Below, in pieces: positions 52,492 through 63,746 of a stretch of DNA of 64,000 nt. Made by a program: the position numbers and the translations under genes. The notes under the pieces were generated by a model. That model did not search any database and was not told the origin of the DNA. It saw only the letters and a program-made list of their open reading frames with translations. Position 1 is the stretch's first letter. Every line of letters begins with the position of its first letter. The DNA lies in NCBI GenBank assembly GCA_045803975.1, contig JBJMOA010000194.1:1191-65190 (forward strand), read 5' to 3'. The DNA is from Gemmatimonadaceae bacterium. Its GTDB lineage: Bacteria; Gemmatimonadota; Gemmatimonadetes; Gemmatimonadales; Gemmatimonadaceae.

Positions 52492-53861
52492 CGTCGAGCG
52501 GACGGCGGATTCACCGTCGCTGGTGGTCTCCGCACAGGAGGATTAGCCTGGGGAGTCGGAGTTGCGGGTCGCGCGGGAGTTGGCACCGGTGCGACGACGG
52601 GTTCGATGAGCACGCCCGTAGCCCGGTCGGTGACCGTGACGGTGGCAACTTTCCGATTCTGAAAGAGGATTTCGATGATTCTTCCGGTCACGTAGTTGAC
52701 TGAAGGCTGGGTCGACGGGCCCTTCGAACTCTTCATCTGGTAATAAGATCTCGCGTTGCCCAGGGCCACGATCTCACGAATCCTGGGCTTGCCGGAGGTA
52801 TCCCCCACGGCCAGGGAATCGAAACGGGCGACGATGGTGTCGCCGCTCATCCAGTCTCGCTTTGTCGAGACGACGCCGGAGTCGGGATTGCTTTCGGCGT
52901 ATGCCTTACGCAATGCCCGGACCTCTCGGACGCGCTGGCCAGGAAGTATTGCGTCAATCGAGTCGGCAACTATCTCGCGCTCCGGCGAAACCGCGTGCGC
53001 TCGCGTAGCTCCCCAGGCCATGGCGCGCTGCAACTGGTTGGTTTGGATTCGTAGATCGATTGAATCCGCGACCAGCTCGAGGTCCTGGCTCAATGCATGT
53101 CCTTTGGGTGTCGCCACAACGCGCTCGACCTGTTTATTGCGCGAATAAACGTCGATGATGCCGCCCGTAAGGGTAAACGAGCGAGTCCCCGTCCCTTGTA
53201 CTGACGGCTGCCGCATCAATCGCGCGAAGTCACGTCCACCGTCCATGAAAGCGGAGTCACCGGTTGCGAGCAAATCAGGACGAGTGATCTGAACGCGGCC
53301 GGACGCGAACACCAAACTGTCGCCTTGCATGTTGATCTGATTCGCGACGACGTACGCGGTATCAGGGGGGCGCCCCCTACCAGTAGTGTCCCGCTGAACG
53401 AGCGTCACGGTGGGGCGCCCGGGCGCGAACAGCCGCGCGACCAGGCGCTGTGGGGTACTCCGGTAATAATCGGCAACAGGCCCTCGCAATGTGCTGCCAT
53501 TCGATAGAAGGGCGACGACATCGCCCTCCGCGTGGAGATGATCGTCCGCCTGGTAGTAGGTCATCGTGCGGGATGTCACGCGGGCGCGCGGCTCGGTGTA
53601 GTGCACGTTGCCGACGAGATAAAGCCGGCCTTCCGCCTCGTAATATTCGGCGCTGTCAGCGGTGAGAGTATTTCCTTGCCCAATGCAGTGGGCCACGACA
53701 CCGCCACTCAAGTAGCTCGTATGCTTGTGTGTGATCGGATCCTCTCGAATATTGACTGGCCCCCTGTTGGTGTAGTCCAGGTCGCACCTTCGCGGGATAT
53801 CCTGCGCCGAGGCCACTCCGGCGACGGTGATTGAAACAACGAGGGCGCTAGCGACCTTCAT
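52488..53861 (-). CDS. Long periplasmic OstA/LptA-family protein (457 aa, several LptA-like repeats, Pro-rich tail)
   Basis: Signal peptide MKVASALVVSITVAGVASA. Recurrent 'ADS..Y....L.L.GNV' style units (TADSAEYYEAEGRLYLVGNVHY, LVADSIDLRI, IVADSIDAIL). C-terminal PVPTPARPATPTPQANPP. Confidence 0.65.
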   Translation of the reverse strand: MKVASALVVSITVAGVASAQDIPRRCDLDYTNRGPVNIREDPITHKHTSYLSGGVVAHCIGQGNTLTADSAEYYEAEGRLYLVGNVHYTEPRARVTSRTMTYYQADDHLHAEGDVVALLSNGSTLRGPVADYYRSTPQRLVARLFAPGRPTVTLVQRDTTGRGRPPDTAYVVANQINMQGDSLVFASGRVQITRPDLLATGDSAFMDGGRDFARLMRQPSVQGTGTRSFTLTGGIIDVYSRNKQVERVVATPKGHALSQDLELVADSIDLRIQTNQLQRAMAWGATRAHAVSPEREIVADSIDAILPGQRVREVRALRKAYAESNPDSGVVSTKRDWMSGDTIVARFDSLAVGDTSGKPRIREIVALGNARSYYQMKSSKGPSTQPSVNYVTGRIIEILFQNRKVATVTVTDRATGVLIEPVVAPVPTPARPATPTPQANPPVRRPPATVNPPSARR

Positions 53862-54559
53862 GGCTGCCGACGCCGGCGACTGGCTGGTACGGTGCTGCTG
53901 GCCGCGGATGTACGAGTAACCGGCGCCGCTTGTGGAGCGATCTGTGGCTGCGGGGTGGTCGGCGACGGGACGGTTTGGGGTGGAACCGTTTGCTGCGCCG
54001 TGCCCTGAGATGGAGTGGCTTCGGTCGACAACGCCCTCACCACACCGGTCGCATTTTTCAGGATCTGGATATTCTGCATGTTCGGATCGGACCGAAACCC
54101 TATTCCCTCGACCCTGCGGTTCGGCTCCGTCAAAACGAAAGCACTATCGCTCGAGATTTCGTTGCGTTGCTGGTTGTATATCAACTCCGAGGTCGTGAGG
54201 CGTCGCCCATCCTCTGAAACTACGACGACGTTTTTGCGCGCAATCATGTTGTTGCTGCGGCTGTTATAAGTGCCCCGCTGCGAGGTGAGAACCGCGTCCT
54301 TGGCTCCGCTGGTGGTAAAGAACGTCGTGTGCACTTTCTCGAGCTCGATGCGCGTGTTTTCGTCAAAGCCGTAGGCGGTGTCTGCCTCCAGCTGTGCCCG
54401 CCACACACCATTGTCGGTTAGCCTGAAGCGCAGATTGTAGATCACCTGATCCGCGGAGTCAGCGAGCGACGAATGGGTGGCGACGGGTGGCTGCTTCTTC
54501 GTCGTGCACGCGACAAGAAGCACTATGGACAAGCTCGCCAGAATGAGTGCAGCGCGCAT
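53858..54559 (-). CDS. lptC: LptC-like LPS export protein, lipoprotein-type signal
   Basis: Lipobox LLVAC. LptC-like beta-jellyroll pattern (LEADTAYGFDENTRIELEKVHTTFF...GTYNSRSNNMIARKNVVVV...). Position immediately upstream of the LptA-like gene and lptB. Confidence 0.7.
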   Translation of the reverse strand: MRAALILASLSIVLLVACTTKKQPPVATHSSLADSADQVIYNLRFRLTDNGVWRAQLEADTAYGFDENTRIELEKVHTTFFTTSGAKDAVLTSQRGTYNSRSNNMIARKNVVVVSEDGRRLTTSELIYNQQRNEISSDSAFVLTEPNRRVEGIGFRSDPNMQNIQILKNATGVVRALSTEATPSQGTAQQTVPPQTVPSPTTPQPQIAPQAAPVTRTSAASSTVPASRRRRQP

Positions 54560-55524
54560 TAGACAACTCCGGCGCGCATTAGATCGTGGAGATGAATCAC
54601 ACCGACCAGCCGGTCCTGTGCGTCGAGTACCGGCATCGCGATAATTCCGTGCGTCTCCATACGATATAGAACGGCGCTGCCCAGCTCGTCGGCGTGGGCC
54701 GTCTTCGGCGCGCGGCTCATGACCTTGGCGACCGGGATAGGAAAGACATTTTCCTCGCGCTCCATCAATCGCGACAAGTCCCCAGTCGTGACGACGCCTT
54801 TGACTATTCCCCCTTTTGCGGTGACGATCGCAATTCCGCGCCGCTCGGCGAGCTGCACGACTGCTTCGCGCATGGTCGCTTTTTCCGAAAGAACGGGAAG
54901 GCTGTCAGTGATCATTACATCCGATACCCTGGTCAGAAGGCGCCTGCCAATCGCGCCGCCCGGATGCAACCGGGCGAAATCGTCAGCGTCGAAGCCTTTT
55001 TCCTCAAGCAACGCGATCGCAAGTGCATCGCCGAGGGCGAGCGCGACGGTGGTGCTGGTGGTTGGAGCGAGGTCGTGCGGGCATGCCTCTTCTTTGACCC
55101 ACGCGTCCAGCGCCACATCGCTGTGTCGCGCGAGGGTCGATTTCGTGTTGCTCGTCAGTGCAATCGTACATACCCCGAGACGCTTCAAATGGTCGAGAAG
55201 ATCGAGCACTTCGGCGGATTCGCCGCTCTTGGAGATAAGAATCGCCACGTCCGACTCGCCGACGATGCCGAGATCACCGTGAACGCTGTCCGCAGGATGG
55301 AGAAAAGTCGCTGGCGTTCCTGTAGACGTTAGCGTCGCGGCGATCTTCCGACCTATCAGGCCCGACTTGCCAACGCCCGAGACGATGACGCGTCCGTCCG
55401 ACCGGGCAATCGTCTCCACTGCGCGCACAAAGTCGTCTCCGACGCGGCGTTCCGCTTCGGCGAGTGCTTCGGTCTCCATGCGGAGGACACGTCGTCCGCG
55501 CTCGACGATGTCCTTGTGCGTCAT
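54559..55524 (-). CDS. kdsD: Arabinose-5-phosphate isomerase (KdsD/KpsF; SIS plus two CBS domains)
   Basis: GRVIVSGVGKSG, SKSGES, and tandem CBS domains at the C-terminus. The ATG at 55524 overlaps the kdsA stop. The 501-aa track ORF is an arginine-rich out-of-context extension. Confidence 0.9.
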   Translation of the reverse strand: MTHKDIVERGRRVLRMETEALAEAERRVGDDFVRAVETIARSDGRVIVSGVGKSGLIGRKIAATLTSTGTPATFLHPADSVHGDLGIVGESDVAILISKSGESAEVLDLLDHLKRLGVCTIALTSNTKSTLARHSDVALDAWVKEEACPHDLAPTTSTTVALALGDALAIALLEEKGFDADDFARLHPGGAIGRRLLTRVSDVMITDSLPVLSEKATMREAVVQLAERRGIAIVTAKGGIVKGVVTTGDLSRLMEREENVFPIPVAKVMSRAPKTAHADELGSAVLYRMETHGIIAMPVLDAQDRLVGVIHLHDLMRAGVV

Positions 55525-56339
55525 CGGTTGACGCGCGCCCAGATGTCTACGGCGCGACCGAGCAATCCCTCCATCTCGTCGAGCGGCAGCATATTCGGCC
55601 CATCGCTTGGAGCGCAGTCCGGATCGGGATGCGTCTCGAGGAACAACCCCTGCGCGCCGGCGGCAATTGCCGAAAGGGCGAGAAGCGGAACAAATTCGCG
55701 CGCACCGCCGCTTGCTCCGTCGGGTCCCTGCCCCGGTTTCTGGACGCTGTGAGTCGCGTCGAAAATAACCGGCGCGCCCGTCGCGTCGCGAAGCCGTGTG
55801 AATGAGCGCATGTCGACCACGAGATCCCCGTAACCAAAGAATGTTCCACGCTCCGTGACGGCAATGTCGCGTGAGCGGTTGGTCGCCGTTGAAGCACCAC
55901 GAACTTTCTGGACAGCGCCACGCATCCCTTCTGGCTGCAGCCACTGTCCCTTCTTGACGTTGACTGGCTTGCCCGTAGCGCCTGCCGCTTCGAGGAGATC
56001 TGTCTGACGACAGAGGAAGGCCGGGATCTGCAGCACGTCGACCACACTCGCGGCTGGAGCGCACTGGTCGGGAGTATGGACGTCGGTCAACACTGGAAGG
56101 CCAGTCGCGTTGCGCACGCGCTCGAGTGCCTCGAGGCCAGCGTCGAGTCCCGGCCCGCGCGCTGCTTCGCGGTTGGACCTGTTCGCCTTGTCGAAACTCG
56201 CCTTGTAGATGATTCCGCCCGGCATTCTTTCGGCGAGCCGCGCGAGTGTTTCCGCGACGCGAAGATTGAGCTCATCGCTCTCCAGCACGCACGGACCGGC
56301 GATCAGAAAGAGCTTGTCTGCCGGAAAAAATTCCGCCAC
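55521..56339 (-). CDS. kdsA: 2-dehydro-3-deoxyphosphooctonate aldolase (Kdo8P synthase)
   Basis: LIAGPCVLES, YKASFDKANRS, QIPAFLCRQTDLL, DATHSVQ. Confidence 0.93.
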   Translation of the reverse strand: MAEFFPADKLFLIAGPCVLESDELNLRVAETLARLAERMPGGIIYKASFDKANRSNREAARGPGLDAGLEALERVRNATGLPVLTDVHTPDQCAPAASVVDVLQIPAFLCRQTDLLEAAGATGKPVNVKKGQWLQPEGMRGAVQKVRGASTATNRSRDIAVTERGTFFGYGDLVVDMRSFTRLRDATGAPVIFDATHSVQKPGQGPDGASGGAREFVPLLALSAIAAGAQGLFLETHPDPDCAPSDGPNMLPLDEMEGLLGRAVDIWARVNR

Positions 56340-56340
56340 G

Positions 56341-58771
<2,431 letters not shown>

Positions 58772-58855
58772 TTACCCACCCGTTTTCGCGCGACACGATG
58801 CAAAAGTCACGCTCGGTAATATACCAACCGCGCGGAGGCGGAGCAAACTTCTCGC

Positions 58856-60070
58856 TTAGAGCGAGAGAGAGAGGTCGAACGTGACCGCTGACTTTCTGGA
58901 GAAGGGTGAGCGGTTGCGCGCGGGATCGATCGTGTAGTCGACGCGAATCAAGCCAGCCCCGACTCCGATTCCCAGATTCTGAACCAGGGAGGGCAAGCTA
59001 TCCACCCCGGCGTTGCCAGCCGAGTATCGCAGACCGAGAAACGGGTTACCGATGTAGCGAAGCTGGATGCGGTTGATCGGTATGATGTAGTCGCCTTGCA
59101 CGTACAGCAGGTGATCGCCTCCGAGCGCCAATTGATCGACGGTGGCTAGTGTGCCCGCACCGCCGAGATAAGCGAAGCGCTGGGCGGGCGCAATCCCGGC
59201 TCCGCCGGTCAGCACAGTGTGGCCTTTGAACGCAAATGTCTGAGTGGAGAAAGTGGGAAAGGAAATACGTCCGTCGAGTGTCACTTGCGTAAACGAATCA
59301 CCTGGCTGAAAGCAGGTCACTCCCACCGGAACACCAACACAGTCGGCCTCGAGGCTAGTCTGCAACGATCGTTCGAGCATCGCGTCGAACTTGCTGTCCA
59401 GATCGCCGCGCACGAACTCGAGGCGCGTACCGCCGATGAGCGAGCTAATGTGGCCCTTGGCAACACGCGGATTTGGCCGCCTCATTCGCAGGCTTCCCTT
59501 TCGCCCGAAAAAACTCCACGGAGATTTAGTCGGCGCGAGTGAGCCGGTGGACCAGTCACGCTCGATGAGTCCGCCGATGAACGGCGTCAACGACGTGGAC
59601 GAACCCATGAATGTCGTTGCAAAGCGCGCGGTTGCACGATCGCCGCGATAGTAATTGCGCGCATCGCTACCGACGAACAGCGCTGCCCCGGAATTCGTAA
59701 GATCGTCCCGAATCCAGGCGTCGTTTGTGAATGTCCCTCTCCCGACTGAGAACCTCAGCTCGTTTGAGCCGCTCGGACGAATTTTTCCCTCGAGCGAAGG
59801 GTCCCACTGCCCAAGGTTTGATCGATAGCGGACGAGTGCGTCGATGTCGAACCTGCCGTTACCGGTTTCGAGTTTCGGCCCCCAGGGAAGTGTGAGACCG
59901 TTCACTCGATCGTATGACGGCATTCGCAAGCCCAGGCCAAGCGGTAGCGAAATCGGCGATTCGCGGTACTCGACATACCCGGTGTCTACCGCCGTCGTAT
60001 CCTGACCGCGGGCTGTGACGGCGAACACGCCGAGCGCGATCGTCAGGACGGCGACTCTGGTACGCGTCAT
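58856..60070 (-). CDS. Omp85-superfamily-like outer-membrane barrel without POTRA domains
   Basis: Signal peptide. Barrel-like alternating pattern. QRFAYLGGAGTL (cf. RF.LGG of Omp85 barrels) and terminal GIGVGAGLIRVDYTI...VTFDLSLSL. No N-terminal POTRA-like repeats are evident. Confidence 0.55.
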   Translation of the reverse strand: MTRTRVAVLTIALGVFAVTARGQDTTAVDTGYVEYRESPISLPLGLGLRMPSYDRVNGLTLPWGPKLETGNGRFDIDALVRYRSNLGQWDPSLEGKIRPSGSNELRFSVGRGTFTNDAWIRDDLTNSGAALFVGSDARNYYRGDRATARFATTFMGSSTSLTPFIGGLIERDWSTGSLAPTKSPWSFFGRKGSLRMRRPNPRVAKGHISSLIGGTRLEFVRGDLDSKFDAMLERSLQTSLEADCVGVPVGVTCFQPGDSFTQVTLDGRISFPTFSTQTFAFKGHTVLTGGAGIAPAQRFAYLGGAGTLATVDQLALGGDHLLYVQGDYIIPINRIQLRYIGNPFLGLRYSAGNAGVDSLPSLVQNLGIGVGAGLIRVDYTIDPARNRSPFSRKSAVTFDLSLSL

Positions 60071-60642
60071 GGGTTGATCGTGAGAAAGTTGCGCAGGATT
60101 TCCTTACCACTTTCGGTAAGAATCGATTCGGGATGAAACTGCACGCCCCATACCGGATGCTCACGGTGCCTGACAGCGTGGATTTCGTCGGGCTCGTCCC
60201 TGGCACGCGCGACGACCTCCAGCTCGCTCGGCAGTGACGACGTTTCGACCACCAGCGAATGATAGCGCATCACTTCCAGCGGGTTCGGCACATTGCGGAA
60301 AATGCCCCTTCCATCGTGCGTGATCGAGGACGTCTTGCCATGCATCAGTGTCCGCGCGCGGACCACTCGCCCGCCGTACGCTTCACCAATCGCCTGATGG
60401 CCGAGACAAACGCCAAGGATAGGAATAGACTTGCCCCATCTCTTGATCGCCGCGACGCTAATTCCCGCCTCCGATGGTGTGCACGGCCCAGGAGAAATCA
60501 CCATTCGCGTTACGCCCATCGTGCCGATGTCCTCAACCGTGATCTGATCGTTGCGCTTGACGATCGGATTCTCACCGAGCTCGCCGAGGTACTGCACGAG
60601 GTTGTAGGTGAAGGAGTCGTAGTTGTCTAGGACAAGCAGCAT
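60067..60642 (-). CDS. Anthranilate/aminodeoxychorismate synthase glutamine amidotransferase component II
   Basis: MLLVLDNYDSFTYNLVQYLGELG, GVCLGHQ, HSL, and QFHPES triad context. The ATG at 60642 is chosen; the track extension to 61032 overlaps xerD. Confidence 0.9.
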   Translation of the reverse strand: MLLVLDNYDSFTYNLVQYLGELGENPIVKRNDQITVEDIGTMGVTRMVISPGPCTPSEAGISVAAIKRWGKSIPILGVCLGHQAIGEAYGGRVVRARTLMHGKTSSITHDGRGIFRNVPNPLEVMRYHSLVVETSSLPSELEVVARARDEPDEIHAVRHREHPVWGVQFHPESILTESGKEILRNFLTINP

Positions 60643-60670
60643 TTGATTATTCGGAATTGATCGATGCGCG

Positions 60671-61591
60671 TCAGGCCCGCGGGTGGAATTGCTTGTGAAC
60701 CGACCGGAGGTACTCGCGATCGACGTGGGTGTAGATCTGCGTCGTCGATATGTCCACGTGACCGAGCATTTCCTGCACGGCGCGCAGGTCTGCTCCTCCC
60801 TCGAGAAGGTGCGTGGCAAAGGAATGACGCAGAGTGTGCGGCGACACGGGCTTCGTAATTCCGGATTGCTCGACGTACTTCCGCAGGATTTTCCACGCTC
60901 CCATCCGTGAGAGCGGTTGCCCGCGTGCATTGAGGAACAGCACCCCCTTCCCTTCGCCTTTCTCGAGTGAGGGACGCAGCTCCCGCAAATAGATCGCGAT
61001 CGCGCCGATTGCGCGTCGACCGATCGGGACAAGACGCTCCTTGGCGCCCTTGCCGAACACGCGAACGAGGTGATCCTGAAGCATCACGTCGCGGACGGTG
61101 AGCGAAATCCATTCTGATACCCGCAATCCGGCGCCGTACGCGAGCTCGAGCATCGCGCGGTCGCGAAACGCCAATGGCTCGTCCAGCGATGGAGCGGCGA
61201 GCAGCTTCTCGACCTCCTCGACGCCGAGCACTTCCGGCAAAGTGCGCCAACGCTTTGGCGCCTCCAGTCGCTCACTCGGGTCGCGCACGACGTGCCCCTC
61301 GGCGAGCAGGAACTTGAAGTATGTCCGAACCGCCGAGACATTGCGGCGGATCGACGCGGGAGCCAGGCCGAGATCCTTCAGATGGTACACGAACTCGCGG
61401 AGTGTGCGCGCGCCGACGTCGAGCGGCGATGACGCGCCCTTGACGGCGGCGTATGTGACGAAACGTGCAACGTCGAGCTTGTACGCGCGGCTCGTCTGCA
61501 CCGATGCGCCGCGCTCGAGTGCGAGGAAATCATCGAACCGCTCGACATAAAATGCCCGCGCGATTGCGTCGTCCAGCTCCTGCTTATTCAC
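60671..61591 (-). CDS. xerD: Tyrosine recombinase, XerD-like
   Basis: RDRAMLELAYGAGLRVSE, GKGAKERLVPIG, HTLRHSFATHLLEGGADLRAVQEMLGHVDISTTQIYTHV, and terminal HPRA. It looks closer to E. coli XerD than XerC by eye. Confidence 0.75.
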   Translation of the reverse strand: MNKQELDDAIARAFYVERFDDFLALERGASVQTSRAYKLDVARFVTYAAVKGASSPLDVGARTLREFVYHLKDLGLAPASIRRNVSAVRTYFKFLLAEGHVVRDPSERLEAPKRWRTLPEVLGVEEVEKLLAAPSLDEPLAFRDRAMLELAYGAGLRVSEWISLTVRDVMLQDHLVRVFGKGAKERLVPIGRRAIGAIAIYLRELRPSLEKGEGKGVLFLNARGQPLSRMGAWKILRKYVEQSGITKPVSPHTLRHSFATHLLEGGADLRAVQEMLGHVDISTTQIYTHVDREYLRSVHKQFHPRA

Positions 61592-62198
61592 TCTTCTTGG
61601 AGCGGGCCTTCCATAGCCAGATCCCGACTGCGAGGAGAACGATCGCCGTCGCCGTTGCTCCGGCGACCTTGCCCGACCGGACCAGGTACTTCTGCGCCAG
61701 ATCCCAATTGTCGCCAGCGCGGAATGCCAGAAACGTAATCAAACCAAACCACACTGCGGACGCGCTCGCGATCGCGAACATCACTTTGACGGCCGGCAGC
61801 CGGATTGCACCGGCAAATGGAGGGACGATCGCTCGCACGCCCGGCAAAAAGCGACTCACGAACAGCCCGAGGAACCCGTACTTCTTGTGGAGCGCCTGAA
61901 TACGCGCCTCGGCATCCGGGCCAGCGTACCTTTCGATGCGGCGGAGAAATACCTTAGCCCCGTAGCGGCGGCCAAGGACGTAAGTGGCGCCGGCCCCCGC
62001 GACGTTGCCGAACCACCCAAGGAAAAACACGGTAAATGGCAAGCCACCGGCACGGTCGGCAAGAAAACTTCCCAGCGCGATCACCGCGTCCGACGGAAAC
62101 GGGGGAAAGAAATTCTCGAACGCGGAGAGCACGCCAATCGCAGCGTACAACGACCCCAGGGGCAGGTTACCCAGCCATCCACTCAACGACTGAAGCAT
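61584..62198 (-). CDS. dedA: DedA-family membrane protein
   Basis: ENFFPPFPSD motif, RFLPGVR, ~4-5 TM segments. Confidence 0.8.
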   Translation of the reverse strand: MLQSLSGWLGNLPLGSLYAAIGVLSAFENFFPPFPSDAVIALGSFLADRAGGLPFTVFFLGWFGNVAGAGATYVLGRRYGAKVFLRRIERYAGPDAEARIQALHKKYGFLGLFVSRFLPGVRAIVPPFAGAIRLPAVKVMFAIASASAVWFGLITFLAFRAGDNWDLAQKYLVRSGKVAGATATAIVLLAVGIWLWKARSKKSE

Positions 62199-62203
62199 TC
62201 TGC

Positions 62204-62704
62204 TTACCGATTTCCTTTGAGAGTGGCGACGGCGATGCAGGCGAGACCTTCTTTGCGCCCGATCCAGCCCATGCCTTCGTTCGACTTTCCTTTGACGCTC
62301 ACACTCGACGAATCGATACCGAGTGCGGCGGAGAGTCGCGCCCGAATCTTGTCGCGGTGGGGCGAGAGCCGCGGAGTTTCCGCCACGACGCTCACGTCTA
62401 CCTGGTGTACACGGTATCCGGCAGTCGAAATCCTTCGCACCGCCGCCTCGAGCATCCCGATCGAATCTCGATCCTTATTGGCGGGATCTGAGTCAGGAAA
62501 CATTTCTCCGATGTCTCCGAGCCCCGCGGCGCCGAGAATCGCGTCTGTGAGGGCATGACATATCGCGTCGGCGTCGGAATGGCCCATCAGGCCGATGTCC
62601 GAGGGGATTGCGACCCCGCCGAGTATCAGTGGACGACCGGCGGCGAACCTATGTGAGTCGTAGCCAATGCCGACGCGAATGGTCGCGCGGTCGTCATGCG
62701 GCAT
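62204..62704 (-). CDS. ispF: 2-C-methyl-D-erythritol 2,4-cyclodiphosphate synthase
   Basis: RVGIGYDSHRF, GHSDADA..HA..DA..GA, ATLKG. The ATG at 62704 is chosen. Confidence 0.92.
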   Translation of the reverse strand: MPHDDRATIRVGIGYDSHRFAAGRPLILGGVAIPSDIGLMGHSDADAICHALTDAILGAAGLGDIGEMFPDSDPANKDRDSIGMLEAAVRRISTAGYRVHQVDVSVVAETPRLSPHRDKIRARLSAALGIDSSSVSVKGKSNEGMGWIGRKEGLACIAVATLKGNR

Positions 62705-63746
62705 CCGCGCGGATTGCGGGGACTGGATCGAGTAGGGTGTAGTCTTGCTTGCGCCGCGCGGGCACGAAGCCCGCATCGCGAATGAGGCGCTCCATTTCCT
62801 CCGTCGACGTTCGATGCGTCGTGTTCGCGGCGGAGACGACGTTCTCCTCGATCATGAGCGAGCCGAAATCGTTGCAGCCAAATCGCAGCGCGATCTGACC
62901 GATCTTCATACCCATGGTCACCCAGCTCGATTGGAGATTCGGCACGTTGTCGAGTACCACGCGCGCGAACGCAACGGTCCGTAGATACTCGGTCGCGCCT
63001 GTCTTCGGCTGGTGCGACATGGTTGGCGTGTTCTCGGGCTGCAACGGCCAGCAGATAAAAGCCGTGAAGCCGCCCGTGCGCGCCTGCACATCTCTCACGC
63101 GCTGCAGGTGCTCGAGACGCTCGGCGAGAGTTTCTCCAAGTCCGTACATCATCGTGACCGAGGTCTTCATGCCCTCGTTATGCGCCAACTCCATGATTTC
63201 GAGCCACCGGTCGGCGCCCGCCTTCTTTGGCGCGACGATGTCACGTACTCGCTGAACAAGAATTTCGCCGCCACCACCCGGAATCGAGTCGAGGCCGGCC
63301 TTCCGCAGCTCGCGAATTACCTCGACCGCTTCCATTCTGAACAGCTTGGCGAAGAAATCGATCTCGCTCGGACTGAAACCGTGAATGTGGATCGGATGAT
63401 TTCGCTTGATGTACTTCATCAGGTCCAGATACCAGTCGAACGGGATGTACGGATTGTGACCACCCTGGATCAGAATCTGAACGCCGCCCAGCGCCTTGAG
63501 CTCGTCGATCTTGGCGCCAATCTGCTCGAACGAGAGCGTGTAGCCTTCGCCATGTTTTGGCCGCCGCGCGAACGCGCAAAATCCGCAATCCGCAACACAC
63601 ACGTTCGTATAGTTGATGTTGCGGTCGATGATGTAGGTGACCGTGTTCCCCGGGTGCTTTTCCTGACGTACACGGTCGGCTTCCGCGCCGAGCTCGAGGA
63701 GCGAAGCGTTGGTGTAGAAGTCGAGCAGGTCGCGAGTCTCGCTCAT
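62694..63746 (-). CDS. Radical SAM enzyme of the futalosine menaquinone pathway (MqnC/MqnE, CofH-like)
   Basis: IDRNINYTNVCVADCGFCAF (CxxxCxxC), GGVQILIQGGHNP, and a CofH/MqnC-like C-terminus. The ATG at 63746 is chosen. I cannot discriminate MqnC from MqnE by eye. Confidence 0.75.
   Translation of the reverse strand: MSETRDLLDFYTNASLLELGAEADRVRQEKHPGNTVTYIIDRNINYTNVCVADCGFCAFARRPKHGEGYTLSFEQIGAKIDELKALGGVQILIQGGHNPYIPFDWYLDLMKYIKRNHPIHIHGFSPSEIDFFAKLFRMEAVEVIRELRKAGLDSIPGGGGEILVQRVRDIVAPKKAGADRWLEIMELAHNEGMKTSVTMMYGLGETLAERLEHLQRVRDVQARTGGFTAFICWPLQPENTPTMSHQPKTGATEYLRTVAFARVVLDNVPNLQSSWVTMGMKIGQIALRFGCNDFGSLMIEENVVSAANTTHRTSTEEMERLIRDAGFVPARRKQDYTLLDPVPAIRADAA

Noticed and set aside
55525-56064. 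Arg-rich N-terminal extension of the kdsD ORF. The same class includes 60643-61032 on trpG/pabA, 25947-26129 on gdh, 39392-39931 on pcm, 62705-62776 on ispF and 63747-63947 on the Mqn gene.
   Set aside because: The extensions overlap the upstream conserved gene in another frame and have junk-like composition. Internal starts that abut the upstream stop give normal-length proteins.
60671-61591. Tyrosine recombinase as a possible integrase of a mobile element
   Set aside because: The length and motifs fit chromosomal XerD. It is flanked by housekeeping genes with overlapping stops. I saw no flanking direct repeats, tRNA target or cargo genes.
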